Source: Chara braunii
Lineage: Eukaryota; Plantae; Charophyceae
Direction of reading: 5' to 3'
Assembly (NCBI GenBank): GCA_003427395.1
Contig: BFEA01000020.1
Span: forward strand, 449,645-513,644
DNA length: 64,000 nt
The translations under genes were made by a program, and so were the position numbers. Under the pieces are notes generated by a model. The model had not been told where the DNA came from. It saw only the letters and a list, made by a program, of their open reading frames with translations, and did not search any database. This document shows, piece after piece, positions 25,351 to 38,439 of this stretch (its first letter is position 1; each line of letters begins with the position of its first letter).

Positions 25351-27807
25351 ACATGTCATGGCGCGATTATCCAGTTATGCCTTGATATGGACGAGGAATG
25401 ATTCACGCTTCCGAACTTACACCTGTTTGAAGGATGAGACAAAGATACCCAAGTGAGACTTGAGGGTGTTTCTCCATCTATGCCAGGTTCATGTTGAGGT
25501 TGGTACTCAAGTGGGCGGCTTCAAGAGCGTTGCCACAAGCTCGTAAGACCATGAAGTCCTTGCGCAAGCAGGCCGTAGTTGAAGGAGGATCGAAGAAACC
25601 GTTAAAATAAGTACTTATTCCCTATGATAAAAAAAACGATTTGAAGCAAGAGGATAACAAGTTGCGTTCCCAACACTAGTGGTAGGCAAGGCAACGAGCT
25701 CCGGAACATTGTTGAGCATATCGGTTTTTGCAGGACTTTATCGCAGAGCGTTGCCGCTCCAGCCGAGTGCGCCATCCATACCTCTCTCGAACCCCTACGA
25801 CAAGATGTGGTTACGTGAGGTACAACTTACCTCCACCTGTCGCTGTCACCATATACAGTGCACTTGTAGCACTACAATTCATTGCACTTGCGATGTGTAG
25901 TAGCGAGAGTTTCAGCTTGAAAGCAGCAGTGTAGCACTCCAATAGATGAAGGTCCAAGTGCGAGGGTGCGTCCTGTACAAGATCCTGATGATGAAGTCTG
26001 ATCCGGATAGCAGGTCGTGATCCCTTAGGTGGGCGTATCCCCATCGAGCTACCGAACCACATGCGAAGGTTTTTCGTATGCAATCACAGAGGAGGCCTGA
26101 CTGAGGGTATTTCTCGTTCGTTTTAGCATAGGTACGTGCGGTTAACCCCTGAATTGGACTTGTGTGTGAATCATTGTCCGAGACACTGATCTCTCGAATG
26201 TGATCCTCCGATGGTCGACTAGGATGGTCAAATATAACCACACGATACACCTCACGCAAACAAAAATCAAACTCCGTACGTAATTGTGCCTAGTCCCTTT
26301 ATCCACATTTGACCCGTAACTTTTACTAGAAGGATCAGACGAGTATCGCACGTGAGACTCTGATTAAATATCGTGGCGACACAGGTCTTAGTCACATCGA
26401 CTAGCCATGCATCAATACCCAAGCAGTCGCAGTGATGACATACCAGATGATGATCATAATCACATGACCGTTGATGGTATTGGGACTCGCTTTCGACACT
26501 CAAGTGTCGGCTGACACACGTCTTGAATGATTAATCTCTCGACGCTAGACAACCGCTAAGGCGGTTGAGAATTCTACCATCTTTTGCACCTTGCACAGAT
26601 CAGTGGTAGACGGGCTTCAAACCCTTGTAGCGGTTGAACACTCCTAACACGGAAAGTGGGTTTCCATCATCGGAGGCCTGGAAAAAGGTCAATGGTTTAA
26701 CTTTGACAGATGCTACGGACTTTAACGTCCAACCAGTAAAATTCAAAGAAGTAAAATATAAAGAAGGATCTTCCTTTTCTCTTAATACAGTTCGATTTAA
26801 TCATTACGAGCGGTCATGGTAGACCACGCGGATACTCATTGTACGTATACAATATGGTTATCGAAAATGAGGCGATCACTTTCACAATCACAGTTTAACT
26901 TTCTTCAAAATATACACATGAACGCAAACAAGTCAAATCTGGACTTCAAATCACTAAACATACCTGCAGTCATATCAAAGATTTCCACATCGATAGGGCA
27001 CACACTACACGGGGTCAACTTCAACCACAATCTCTGCTCACACCCCTTGCCTTATTCACACAAGCCGACACGCGGTTAATGGAAGGCAAAAATTCCGGGG
27101 TTTTTCGCTGCATCACTACAAACAATGTTGTCGAAACTTTTGCAAACAAACTATGCAGGCTCATAATAGAAACATAAAAAAAACAAACAAGCAAAAAAAA
27201 CGAAAAAAGAAAGATGAATGACACTATAAAACTCTATTCGAAGTAACTTTTAAAGTTTGCCCGAACGTTTTTCGAATTCGATGTTTTTGCCAATTTTTTT
27301 GTTACTCGTCCAAAGACGCCGAAACTATATACAAATATACCCTAAAGCTTATAAAAAAAAAAAAAAAAAAAAACAAAAATCAGGAAAATATGACAGTTTT
27401 GGTGAAAAATTCGCCGAAAATGACATAACATATTGATCACGAGTGCACAAGTCCCAACCTTCGTCCATGCTTAAAAAAAAACACACTCAATCCCTTGTTA
27501 CATGACCATTTGATCAAAGTCCAGGTAAAACCTCAAAGAAACATTTTAACCCACAGGGATTAAGGTCTAGGGTTGAGTAGCGAGAATGAATTAGAGTTGG
27601 GCCGGAAGCTAGTAAAACTTTTACTCAATCTGAACAAAAAATACCATCAATACAGCGCAAGTCAGTGCCCAAGCCATGCTTGAGTGATCATGAAAAATTC
27701 CTAGCTTCCCATCTCACCTCTGATATCTACTTGCAAAGCACCTCGAATTTGGACAGTTCTCCTCTATTGCGAGGACAGACTATCATACTTTCGAGGCTCT
27801 AACATAT

Positions 27808-28350
27808 TCTAACTCCTCTAATTTAAAGAAAATTTCGATAGTGCTCCCTGTAAGGAAAACGTTTTTTCAAAATTTATACAAAGCTAAGTAAAGACACTCT
27901 GACTTTATAAAGCTAAATTTTATCTAACTTCCTGAACTTTGGGTAGCATGTCATCTGGACGAGTAGGCTTCTCATATTTTTATTAAGTTCGATATGAGCT
28001 TAAGATAACACTTGAATTTTGCCAAGAAAAAAATCAACTAACTCTTTGGATTTTGTAGAAATTTCGACAACGATTATCGTAGGAAAAATGACTTTCCATA
28101 ATTCATAAAAACTAAATACAAGATAAAAAGTAAATCCAACTTTTACAATTCGAATTTTGTCAAACTCCCTGAATTAGTAAAACTTTGGGCCACATTTTCT
28201 TTTGAGAGGTAGGACTCTCAAATTTATACTAAGTCATATATGAATTCAGATAAAAGTTGATTTTTGTAAAATATAATTTTTAACTAAGTCCTTGGATTTG
28301 CAAAAAATTAGGGAGCACTTTTCTTAGCAAAAATGTCTTTCTAAGATTTG
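27808..28350 (-). repeat. ~120-bp degenerate tandem repeat (5 units) in element A
   Basis: Units start (c/a)taactc at ~27808, 27922, 28037, 28160 and 28283. Confidence 0.75.
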
Positions 28351-28659
28351 TAAAAAAGAAAGAATAAAAAATAAAATTATCCCAAAAAATTATGAAATAG
28401 AACTAGGTAAAAGAAGCTTAACTAAGAAAATGCAGTGATTAAACTAACTTCTACAACTTCAACAAATAGTGAACATATAAAACAACTACCTATCAAAGCT
28501 AAGACTTAAAACAAGTCGAACTCACACTCAACCACATGCTGATTCATTCCACAATGAATTAGTATTCTTACAAAATCCCCAAGTTGTTTTTCACACAAGT
28601 AGTTCATGATCTCTCATTTGAGTAAAAACTCAATACCTTAGCTTACATATGGCATCAGA

Positions 28660-29445
28660 AAAACTAGAACATTCAATTTATAAACAATATCCCGTCTTTT
28701 GCATTTGCTTATAAACAAAACACAAAGCACAATAATTTTTTTTTTCTCCATTGGGCATATGACTAAGCTATTAAACTCAGAAATGTTGCTTCGTCGCCTC
28801 GACCTTATTTAATATCGAAGTTATATATATATTTTTTCAATTTATAATAAAAAACGAACGTATAACTGAATCATTTAACTTAGAAACAAATGTTCAGTCT
28901 GCCAGATCTGATTATATTTTTAACTGAATAATCTCTTCTTTTAGTGATAGGCTATAGTCAGACCATTCAACTTAAAAACCCTGTCTGACTAGCTTGTTCA
29001 TCTAAAGTATACAATATAATATTTAAGATTTTTTTTTTTTTTTAATTTCTCTGTTTGTCAGACTAAGTCATTCAACTTAGAAACAATACATAGTCTCAAC
29101 CTCAATTCCCTTAGAAAAAAAACACAGAAAGAGATGAGTCATTCAACATAAAAACAAATACTCATCTCTCTCATTCAGAACTTAAAGAAAAACAAGGATC
29201 TCTACATCATTCAACTTACAAATAAATGTCAAAAGTCTGTTGAGAAACTTTCCCAAAAAGCAGGTAAACAAAACCATTAAACTTAGAAATAAATATTTAA
29301 CCTATAAAAACAAACCAATTGTGTCTCCCAAAACAAAGCCACATCGACCAAACTATTTGACTTAAAAACATTATCTGGTCCATTAAAAGAAAAAAGAAAA
29401 AAAACATAGCAGTCATGCGATTCAACTTAAAAACAATGTATGACC
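28660..29445 (-). repeat. Stem-loop array A (about 9 units; core CATTC-AACTTA-RAAAC on +)
   Basis: For example tagtcagac-cattcaacttaaaaaccct-gtctgacta (~28955), agagatgagt-cattcaacataaaaacaaat-actcatctct (~29130), gtcatgcg-attcaacttaaaaacaa-tgtatgac (~29412). Confidence 0.8.
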
Positions 29446-29504
29446 CTTTATATGACTCACAACCTCAATGAAGGCGACATTCCCCCAGTTCAATCTCTTT
29501 TTAT

Positions 29505-29971
29505 GTAGGTTGTTTTACCGGACGTCCGGGACCACTGGGTTGTCCGACCGGACGTCTGGTCGGACGTCGGACGGACTCGGACCGGACAAGGGTTGTCCGG
29601 CCTAGCGCAAAAAAAAAAAAAAAAAAAAATCTTTTTTTTTTTTTGTTGAAAAACATCATGTGGCTTCTACCTTGCATAAGGTGTATGCCACCAAAATTTT
29701 GGCTCATTTGAGCCAGTAGAAAAAAAGATAAAAATCTTCAAAGTTTTTAATCCCCACCTATACCCACCCCTCCTATCCCCACGAAAACCCCTCGTACCCC
29801 CCCTCCCACCCCAAATAGCATTAATAGCCAAAAAGTAGTTGTCTGGGATCCCAGATAACCTCCCAACCGGACGGTTGGGGGAGACGTCCGGGCGAGACGT
29901 CCGGCCATCGGACGACTGGTTGGGGGGTTGTCCGGGCGAGACGTCCGGCCATCGGACGACTGGTAACCTAA
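29505..29971. mobile_element. Non-autonomous hAT-like insertion in element A
   Basis: 8-bp TSD CTTTTTAT (29497-29504 and 29972-29979); ends gtaggtt / aacctaa; subterminal clusters of ggacgtccgg/cggacgac motifs at both ends; absent from the homologous region of B and C. Confidence 0.75.
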
Positions 29972-32900
29972 CTTTTTATTCTAAACTCCAAACAAAATTT
30001 GAAGAATAAATTTGAAGTCTTATGCATGCGTCCCTTTACTTTAGTCTGAGTTAAGTCCAGAAAATCAATCAGAAAACAATAAGGATGCGTGCATTCATAG
30101 AGAGACGTGCACATAGGGGTTTGAACAAAGTTTATAAAAAGTCTTTGTCTACCAAACTTCTTCCGAGTCCCAACAAGGTCCCCGCAATCGGTGGGCAGAC
30201 TTCCTATAGAGTCTTGATGCGGTCCTATGGGTTGCAATCTTGCCTGCCGCCTTCCTCTCGTAACCTTGTACTAGACTTAGAGTAAAAAGGACAACAGGAG
30301 GGGTTTCAGACTCTTGAGATACATGAGAGGGACAACTCAACTTGTGTGACAGGGTCTTGGTAGGCTTCGATCGTGTGAGGGTCCCGAAATGGTGGCTAAA
30401 AGTCTCAACAATATGGTTGTATCGAAGATATCGCAGAATGATGGTTCTCCGACAGTCCTTCAATTTGCAGCAATGACTTTTCTGCCGAGCCTAATCACTT
30501 TCTCGAGGTTGCAACACCGTTTCTCCTCACCGAACTGATGCTACGTATGCCCGAAAATTAGTGTTTAAATAAAATACACCCCTTTGCTCCATTTGAAATG
30601 CAGATATAATCCAGTAAAGCTTGATAACCCCAATGTGCGCAGTAATCGTAGGCATGGGCATGACAAAATAGTAATGCTCTTCGGTGTGTCCCACAAACCT
30701 AACCAATTACGACAACAACTAACAAGCACCCCGCTCACAGCAATCACGAGCAAAAGTCATGCACCGCTGCAATGCCCCAAAACACGTAGCAGAGGGTGCA
30801 GTTCCACAATAACATAGCTTAGTAGAATTCGTAGCTTAGCAGAAACTCGTAGCTTAGCAGCAACAACAACCGAAACACAACTTCCTTGTACTACAAATTT
30901 GAACTCCTCCTACGGAGGCCAGTTCCAACGGAAAGGTGTGGGCGACTCACTCTAACTAACACAGTCTACTTTATCCGCTCACCAAATTCGATGCTAAAAG
31001 CACGCTTGCTCGCCTGATTGTGAACAACCTGTCCACTCGTTTGACTGTTATTAGCATGTTAACCTGCTGCGCTACTATGAATGCCTAGATGAAGGTTACT
31101 TACGAGCTAGAAAATACAAAAAAAAAATTAGGATAAATCTTCCGCTAGAATCTAGAAATATACACTGCTTTCCAGCCACGCATGCAGAAAGATAGTGAGG
31201 CTACTTCCACCATTAGGATCAACAAAGATTGAAATGAATCCTCTGCTAGAATGTGAGAAAATACTTTGATGCTTCATGCAGAAGCTGCACGATACCAACC
31301 GCACTACCTGGTAATCCTCTCTCACTCTCTCTCTGCCCTTTCGGATCAAAGCTATGCTCCGACCAGATAAGTATAACGTTGGGAAGTACGATCTCAAACA
31401 TGGAGGTAGAGAGTATTATTTAAAGAAGAAACGACTACAATCATGAACACAAAAAAAGTCATCTAAGCAAAATAAAGATTGGGATTACGATTGTCCATAT
31501 GTTCTATCTTACAAAAAAAGAATGAGGATGAATCTTCCACTTAAACACAGAAAAATACATCACTGTACTTCAAGAAGATATGTGTTTCTCCCCCTCGTGT
31601 AACTCCCCCACACTGTGTCACCAAGTCCGCTGCTTGAATCTCAATTTCATTTTCGTCATTCATCCCGCCATATGTAAAAACCTCGGTTAAATTTTTTACT
31701 CTGTCCGATTCCGTCGAGAATCGGATAAAATTTATGTTTTCTAACACCACCATATCCACACTCCATGACACTTTCGCGCACATTCTTCTTCTGTTAATAC
31801 TAGATATACTAATCTAGCAACGAAACTAACCTCACAATTGTATCAGCCTTGCCTCAAAACCCCAAGAATGAATGAACACTTTCGAGCACCTTCTTCTTCT
31901 GTTAATACTAAATATACTAATCTAGCAATGAAACTAACCTTACAATTGTCTCGGTCTTGCCTCAAAACCCCAAGATCGACGCCTCGTTCGCCCGATTTCA
32001 TTATGGAACAAGCGAGTTACAAATTTTCTACCCCTCTCAAATTATCTTTCACCATCTCCTTCGTTTGATACATTTGGTATGGATTCGCAACAAATTTATT
32101 TTGTCCTTCCTTGCATTTGCTGCCTCCACTTTCCCCGTCTCCTTTGGTCTTCTCCCTCGTCGTTGTCGAGCGCATCGGTCCAGCACCACACGAGGCAGCC
32201 CGGGACCTTTTCGGTCGCGTCACGCATGAGTTGGTTTTACTCCTCGTCGCTACTGCATATGGAGCTTCCGCAAGCCGCTCCGGCCGAGTGCGCTAGCCAT
32301 ACCTCTCGCGAACCCCTATGACAGGATAGAGCTTACGCAAGGCACGAAGCTGTCACCTCCCTTCGGTGGGCGTATCCCTGCCGAGCTACCAGTCCACAGT
32401 ACGGAAGCTAATCAGTTGCAATTGCAGAGGTGGACCAGCCGATGATGTTTCTCGTTCGCTGTAGCATAGGGGGTGCGCGCGGTAATACGCCTCTATCGGA
32501 CCCGCACACGAACCAACATCTTGGGGGGTGAGGTCCCAAGTGCGACTCATCGTCGGTCGACTAGGACGCATCCCACACGCCACGCGCACACCACTATAAA
32601 GAACATAAAAATAAATACACGTACACACTTACGGACATATACAAAACGACACTGGACAAACAACGAGACAACACTCCTAGTCCCTTAGTGACCATCCCAT
32701 AACTTTCAAATGCGGAAATCGGATAGGCGTCACTCGCGAGACTTAGTATAAAACCGCACTGACGTAGGGCTAACTCATATCGACTAGCAATGAATGAATA
32801 CACAAGCAGTCACAATGATGGCGTACTATGTAGTGCCCATAATCAAGTGGTCCCTCGTGGATCCGAGTATCGCTTATGACACTCAAGTGTCAGACTCGAA

Positions 32901-33844
32901 GTATTGTGAAGGTTTTCCCCTTCACGATATTGCATGGCTGAAGGAATAGCTGTGTGACCACCGCGACACCTCCGGCCTTTAGGCTAAGTGTCTCGGAAGG
33001 TAGGGTAAATAGGGTCTTTGAGGGGGGAGATACCTTCTATGCAGAGTTTAGGACCTGGGATGTCTTGGACAAGGACCTCGAATCCGGGCCCAGGACCAAC
33101 GTCCGCCTAAGAAACGTTTAAGAAGCATACAACAAATAAAGAGGTTTTCTTATCTTTCTCAGTCTCAACCCTAATTTAACCCTTAAGCGTGGGCCCTCTA
33201 GGACCACGCGAACACCAACATAGGTATATATGCATATACATGTAAAGGGGAATAAGTATGTGACGACCACTTCTCACAATCACTGTGGGACTCCTCACAG
33301 CCATATACAAGTCCACACACTACACGAAGTCAACTTCAACCAACCTCTATACTCATACCCCTTGCTTTAGCCATACAAGCCCCAACCCTTGTCCAACCAA
33401 CCATAATTAAATACTCAGTACCTTTGTTAAATGACCATTCAATACAAGTCCGGATGAAAACCTTAATAAAACAATAAAATCACCAGGGCTAAAACCGTTT
33501 AGGTTGAGTATTGAGGGTGAACTGGAGTTGAGTCGTAGACCGACTGATCGGCAACCGACCTGTTATCAGTGATAACAGAAGATGATCGTTGTAGGATCAA
33601 GCTGAATCTAGCCCAAATCCTGAATCAATTCGATCGAGAAGACATGTAACACAAGACAAATCAATCCCCAAGCTAAAATCATAAGTGTATGGAGAATACA
33701 ACTCCATAACCTATTATCGTGCAAGATCCTCCTACAAGCTAGGGCTAGGTCTGCCTCTAAGCCAGTGCCCAAAGAAAGATAGACCCTGATAGAGTCTCCT
33801 CTATATAGAGTGGATTGCTAGAATTGCCACATGTCAAAATATAA

Positions 33845-34410
33845 TCTAACTCCTCTGAACTAAGAAAATTTCGGCAGCGTTCCCCGTAGGAAAAGTGCCC
33901 TCTCAGAATTTATACTTACTCAAATATGAAAACAAAAAAACCTCTAATTCTGGAAAGCCAAATTTTGTCTAACTCCCTTAATTAGTAAAAATTTGGCCAG
34001 CATCTTCTTTAGAAAGGTAGACTTCCCAAATTTATACTAAGTCAGATAGAATCTCCAAAGTTATACTTTGAGTTCAACTTCTAGACAAAATTTAACTAAC
34101 TCCTTAGATTTGTAGAAATTTTGGCAGTGTTTCCCGTAGAGAAAGTGTTATCCCAAGATTTATACAAAGTTAAGTTCAGAATCTGAAGTGACTTTGACTT
34201 CTCAAGGTTCTTATCTAACTCCTTGAATTAGTAAAAATTTGGGCAGCATTCCCTTTAGAAAATGAGGTTTTCCAGATTTTTACTAAGTCAAAAAGTCAGA
34301 AAAACTGGATTCTTAAAAAGACGAAATCTGACTAACTCTTTCGTTTTGTAGAAATTTCGACAGCGCTTCCCGTAGAGAAAATGACTTATAAAGATTTATA
34401 CAAGACCAAG
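33845..34410 (-). repeat. ~120-bp tandem repeat (5 units) in element B, each containing a long hairpin
   Basis: Units at ~33845, 33968, 34093, 34213, 34330; for example ttagtaaaaatttgg...ccagatttttactaa is a 15-bp stem. Confidence 0.85.
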
Positions 34411-34651
34411 TATAATAAAAGATCCCAGAAAATGCAGAAATTGAAACTAACTCATATAGCTCTAGCACGTGGCGAGCAACTAAAGCAACTACCTATCAAC
34501 TGAAACACAGACTAAGAAATAGTCGCACTCAGTCTCATGCAGACCAAACCACAGAAGTAGGTACTCTCACCTCCCTAAAGTCAACTTATCAAACAATAGT
34601 TCATAGTCTCACAATGATTTATCCCTTTATACCCAGCTTACACAGGGCATA

Positions 34652-35380
34652 AAGCTAGACCACCCAAACTTATGGAACATGTCTAGCTTAGCCATGGAGT
34701 ATACACAAACACATGGCACAACAACTTTTATCTTCTTTGAGCATATGACTAGGCCACCCTAGTCGCCTTAAACTGTTTAAATATCCCAACTTTATATATT
34801 TGTCTGCACTTAGTCTTTTGAGGTAGCATATAACTGAACCGATCATCTTCAGCTCAAGATTCAATCTGCCCCTTCGTACCACAACTTTATTCTGAATTAA
34901 TACTCTCTTCAATTGGTGATAAGCTATAGCCAGACCACCCAAACTTATGAAACCCTGTCTGACTAGCCTGTTCATAAGTAATATAGTAATAAAATATAGC
35001 CAAATTATAACCTACTGGTTCTAGCATGTGCGAGGCGTTGGACCAAGACCACCCAAACTTATGGAACATGTTTTGGTTCTCAGCCTGATTCATTTCTCTT
35101 AAAACCAGAGAAGGAAGAGGCTGAGCCACCCAAACTTATGGAACATGCTCAGACCTCCTCGTTCAGGAACTAAAGAAACTGACAAAAACCCAAAGTAAAC
35201 AAGGCGGCCAAGCCACCCGAACGTATGGAACATGCTTGGTCTCTGAAAAGTCATTCACAGTCAGCCTCCACAAGTTAGAGTAACTAGACCACCAAAACTT
35301 ATGGAACATGTCTGGTTCTCCAGGCAATTCAAAATAACATAGCACTTGGCCTCCCCAAACTTATGGAGAAATGCCCAACC
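34652..35380 (-). repeat. Stem-loop array B (7 units; core CACCCA-AACTTA-TGGAACAT on +)
   Basis: aagctagac/gtctagctt (34652-34689), tagccagac/gtctgacta, ggaccaagac/gttttggttc, ctgagc/gctcag, ggccaagc/gcttggtc and aactagac/gtctggtt each flank a near-identical ~20-nt core. Confidence 0.9.
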
Positions 35381-38277
35381 TTTCATAAACCCTGTCAAAC
35401 TCAAGTAAAACAACCTTCCTCCCATCCTTCCCCGAGATGCAATCCCACAATATTCTCTCAGTCAAACAATAAAACTGAATCTGACATTGTACATTCGTTT
35501 CTTTACTTAGTCTGGTCATGTCCGGAAGTCAAACTGAAAGTCAAAGTAGGGATGCACACAGTATACTCAGTCAAAACATAACAAGGAATGCAACTAGGGG
35601 TTATACTGGGTTTATAGAAGGGGATGAAAGGTTACCTCTCAGTTTCCTGCCGTCAAAACTCCTCCTAAGTTCCGGCATAGCTCCCGCAATCGGTGGGCTG
35701 ACTCCTCACAGAGTCTTGTTGCGGTCCTACGGGTTGCAATCGGGCCTGCTGCCTTCTTCTCCTAACAGAACTAGACTGAGAGAAGGAAGATAGAACGAGA
35801 GGTTTAAGACGCTCGAGATACAGGAGAGGGACAACTCAAGTCCCAGGAGAGGACCTTACCTTTACTCGCCGAAGGGACCCGCAATGGTGGCCGAAGTACA
35901 CAACAGCCTGGTCAAACCGAAGTCAACAATCCACTGTCGACCTTATGACAACTCCCTAATTCGCAGCAACAACTGCACTCGCCGGTCAAATCACGTCCTC
36001 AAGCCACACTTCCTCATGCCTGGCTAAGACCCCACACCTCAGCCTAGAGTGACCGCTCTAAATAGAGTGCGCCTCCTACCCTGTGCACTTGTTCAAACTT
36101 AGTACTACTACAAGGGAAGCAGCACACACATCAATCGTACTGAACAGCCAGCTCCGCAACAAAGCTTAATGCAAACGCAATAAGACCCTAGCTCCTTATA
36201 ACATCCTTGCACATGCAGCCTACAGTAGCACATGGCGCAGTCCGCAAGGTTCAACAGCACGCTCAGCAGCTCAGCAAAGTGCACAGTAAGTGCACTGTTC
36301 ATACACAACAAAGCGCAGTATACGCTAAAAATAGCTCAGCCCGTCAATAACAACCACTGACTGTTGCAACACAGTCGCCAACATCCTACGAGTTGGCAGC
36401 GTATCCTGTTGACGTCGTCAACAACCCTCGAGATGCCTGAAGATGTCGACATTGTAAGCCACTGCCAAGCCGGGTATGTGCCTCGCATCACCATCCTCCC
36501 CTCGTTTTTTCTCTTTCTCTGTGTGCGACGCTCAATTCCAACCCGACTGCCGGTTGCCTCCCTTGCTGTTACGCTCACTATCTGTAGTAGTTACCCACGC
36601 CTATCACATTCTGCAGTACTTTGGTATACGTGACACGCCGACTATCGATCATAGTTGTAAGCACTACATAATACCAACGGACCGAGTAATGAGCACATAG
36701 CCCATGCTCGTGTACGTGCGTGCTCGTCGAAGGGAGAGTCTTCCACCCATAGGATGTCTCGATGCCCCCCTTCGCACTCGGACACACCGACCAACAGGTA
36801 AGTCTCTGTTCTCGCGGCTGGCCTCACGCTCGTTCCCGCCGATAAGATCAGCAATTCCGAGAAAAGGTTAACCGACCCCCCATTTTTCACCTCAATTTAT
36901 AAGAAAACCATAAGGCCATCCCAAACAAACTTCACACCAATCTATAGAGTGCACTTCTTACTAACATATTATTAAAAAAAACACACATAAAAAAAAATTA
37001 AAAACACATAAAATAGCAACTCAAAAGTGCATTTTCAGGCAATTTTGCCAAAAAATAACTCCATCAAAATTTCAGGATTTTCAGGATGATTAACAACACA
37101 ATTTGACCCCGAAACCCTAATTTCAGGATCATTCATCGTTACCCAAGGCTGAAAAGTAGGGGTCCCCGTTAACCACTTGCGCCAACTGAAACTTCCGCTA
37201 GGACACGAAAGTATATACTGCAGTCCAGTCGTGCACGCAGAGATATAGAGAGAGGTTGTTGCCATCAGTTCGATAAACAAAAGTCGAAATGAATCCTCCG
37301 CAATAATTCTGTTTTCTATAGCCCCCTTCTCCTTCATACAACTCAACCTCGTCGCACTATCAAGCCTATGCTTTCGAGGCTACATCCGTCGATGCCATCA
37401 TACTCGCGGTGGTTATGAACCTCAAGCTAGCCATCTTTCCCGCTCGATTTCACTGAGAGTCGAGGGTAATATCCATCTTCCCACATTCGCCATATCTCTC
37501 ATTCCCCTGCCTCTGCGCACTACCTTTCTCTATTAGCTCCCATCCTACTAACCCATCCTCAAAACTAACATCCCCAGCGGACTCGCCCGACCTTAGAACC
37601 TTCGATTATCACTTTCTCCCATCCGTTTTATCGAGTAACGGGCGCGATCTTTGATCTCGAATCCTCTCGCCATTTTTTTTCCCGATACCATGGCGCACGA
37701 CTTTTCCTTTTTAACTCTCGATTCGCTAGCCTAGTATTAAAATTAATATCAGATTCTGCTTCGCCTGGTTCCAGAACCCCTGGCTTCTCCGCCCCGATCT
37801 ACGAAGAAACATCCATGCCATCGTTTTCTCTGCCTGCCCCTGTGCCTGCTTTCTGCCATCTTCGTTGTTAAGTGCACATAGCGTGGTATACCGTCCAGGT
37901 TCGTTTTTTTCTCACTGTGCCCGCTGCCTCAACGCTCTGCCTCTTACTACTGGTGCAGTCCCTCCCCGCACGGGACCATCCGATAACGCTTTGCCCAGTC
38001 CCCTCTAGCTCCGCTATGCCTGCCTACTGCCTTCACCTTCCGTCCCTGTCTGCCCCTGCTCAACCCCGCCATCGCTTACCTCGCCTTGAATGTACCTCGC
38101 GGGGTTCACGTCCAGGTTCGGCCAGTTTGTGCTGGCCTCGTCCCCCTTTCTCTGGTAACCCGTTCTTTCCTTTTGCCTAACTCTCCTGCTGCCCATTGCC
38201 AGCCTCTCCCTCGCTCGCTAGCGGCTTCATGTGCACCCGACGCCGATGCACGTCCACATTCATTTTCTGTTATATTC

Positions 38278-38399
38278 TAGCAGGCGGAGGTCTCGTTCGT
38301 TAGGAGCAGTAACCGGATGAGTCACTCCCCTAACTGAGAGCGGCCATGCACCATTACCCATAGTATCAAAGAGGAATCCACAATCCGTCATTACTCACT
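38278..38399 (-). pseudogene. Degenerate 18S rRNA fragment
   Basis: tagcaggcggaggtctcgttcgtta...aactgagagcggccatgcaccattacccatagtatcaa aligns with the reverse complement of the conserved 18S segment GGTGGTGCATGGCCG...TAACGAACGAGACCT. Confidence 0.8.
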
Positions 38400-38439
38400 G
38401 ACCTCGCAACCCTGCCTCTCTCGTTTACCGCAACTCTTG

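Larger units (their letters stand above)
25640..30900 (-). mobile_element. Gypsy element A: LTR/leader region with structured arrays (boundaries approximate)
   Basis: Colinear similarity to 32100-36100 and 47400-51400 (leader, gacactcaagtgtc palindrome, 120-bp repeats, hairpin array, gcggtccta.gggttgcaatc block). Confidence 0.8.
31400..36380 (-). mobile_element. Gypsy element B: LTR/leader region plus decayed 5' ORF (boundaries approximate)
   Basis: Long high-identity colinearity with 47420-51400; decayed reading frames at 31541-32223. Confidence 0.82.

Noticed and set aside
34652-35380. CRISPR array (repeat-spacer appearance; also 28660-29445 and 49850-50790)
   Set aside because: Eukaryotic retroelement context, no cas genes, irregular spacing, and spacers are orthologous between copies rather than acquired.
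35615-35635. PPT followed by TGAAAGG as the start of a plus-strand 3' LTR (also 51040-51060)
   Set aside because: The homologous leader lies directly upstream of gag in the same sense in elements C and E, so A, B and C are minus-strand. The site reads as AG|GTAACC on the sense strand instead. Not fully excluded without intact copies.
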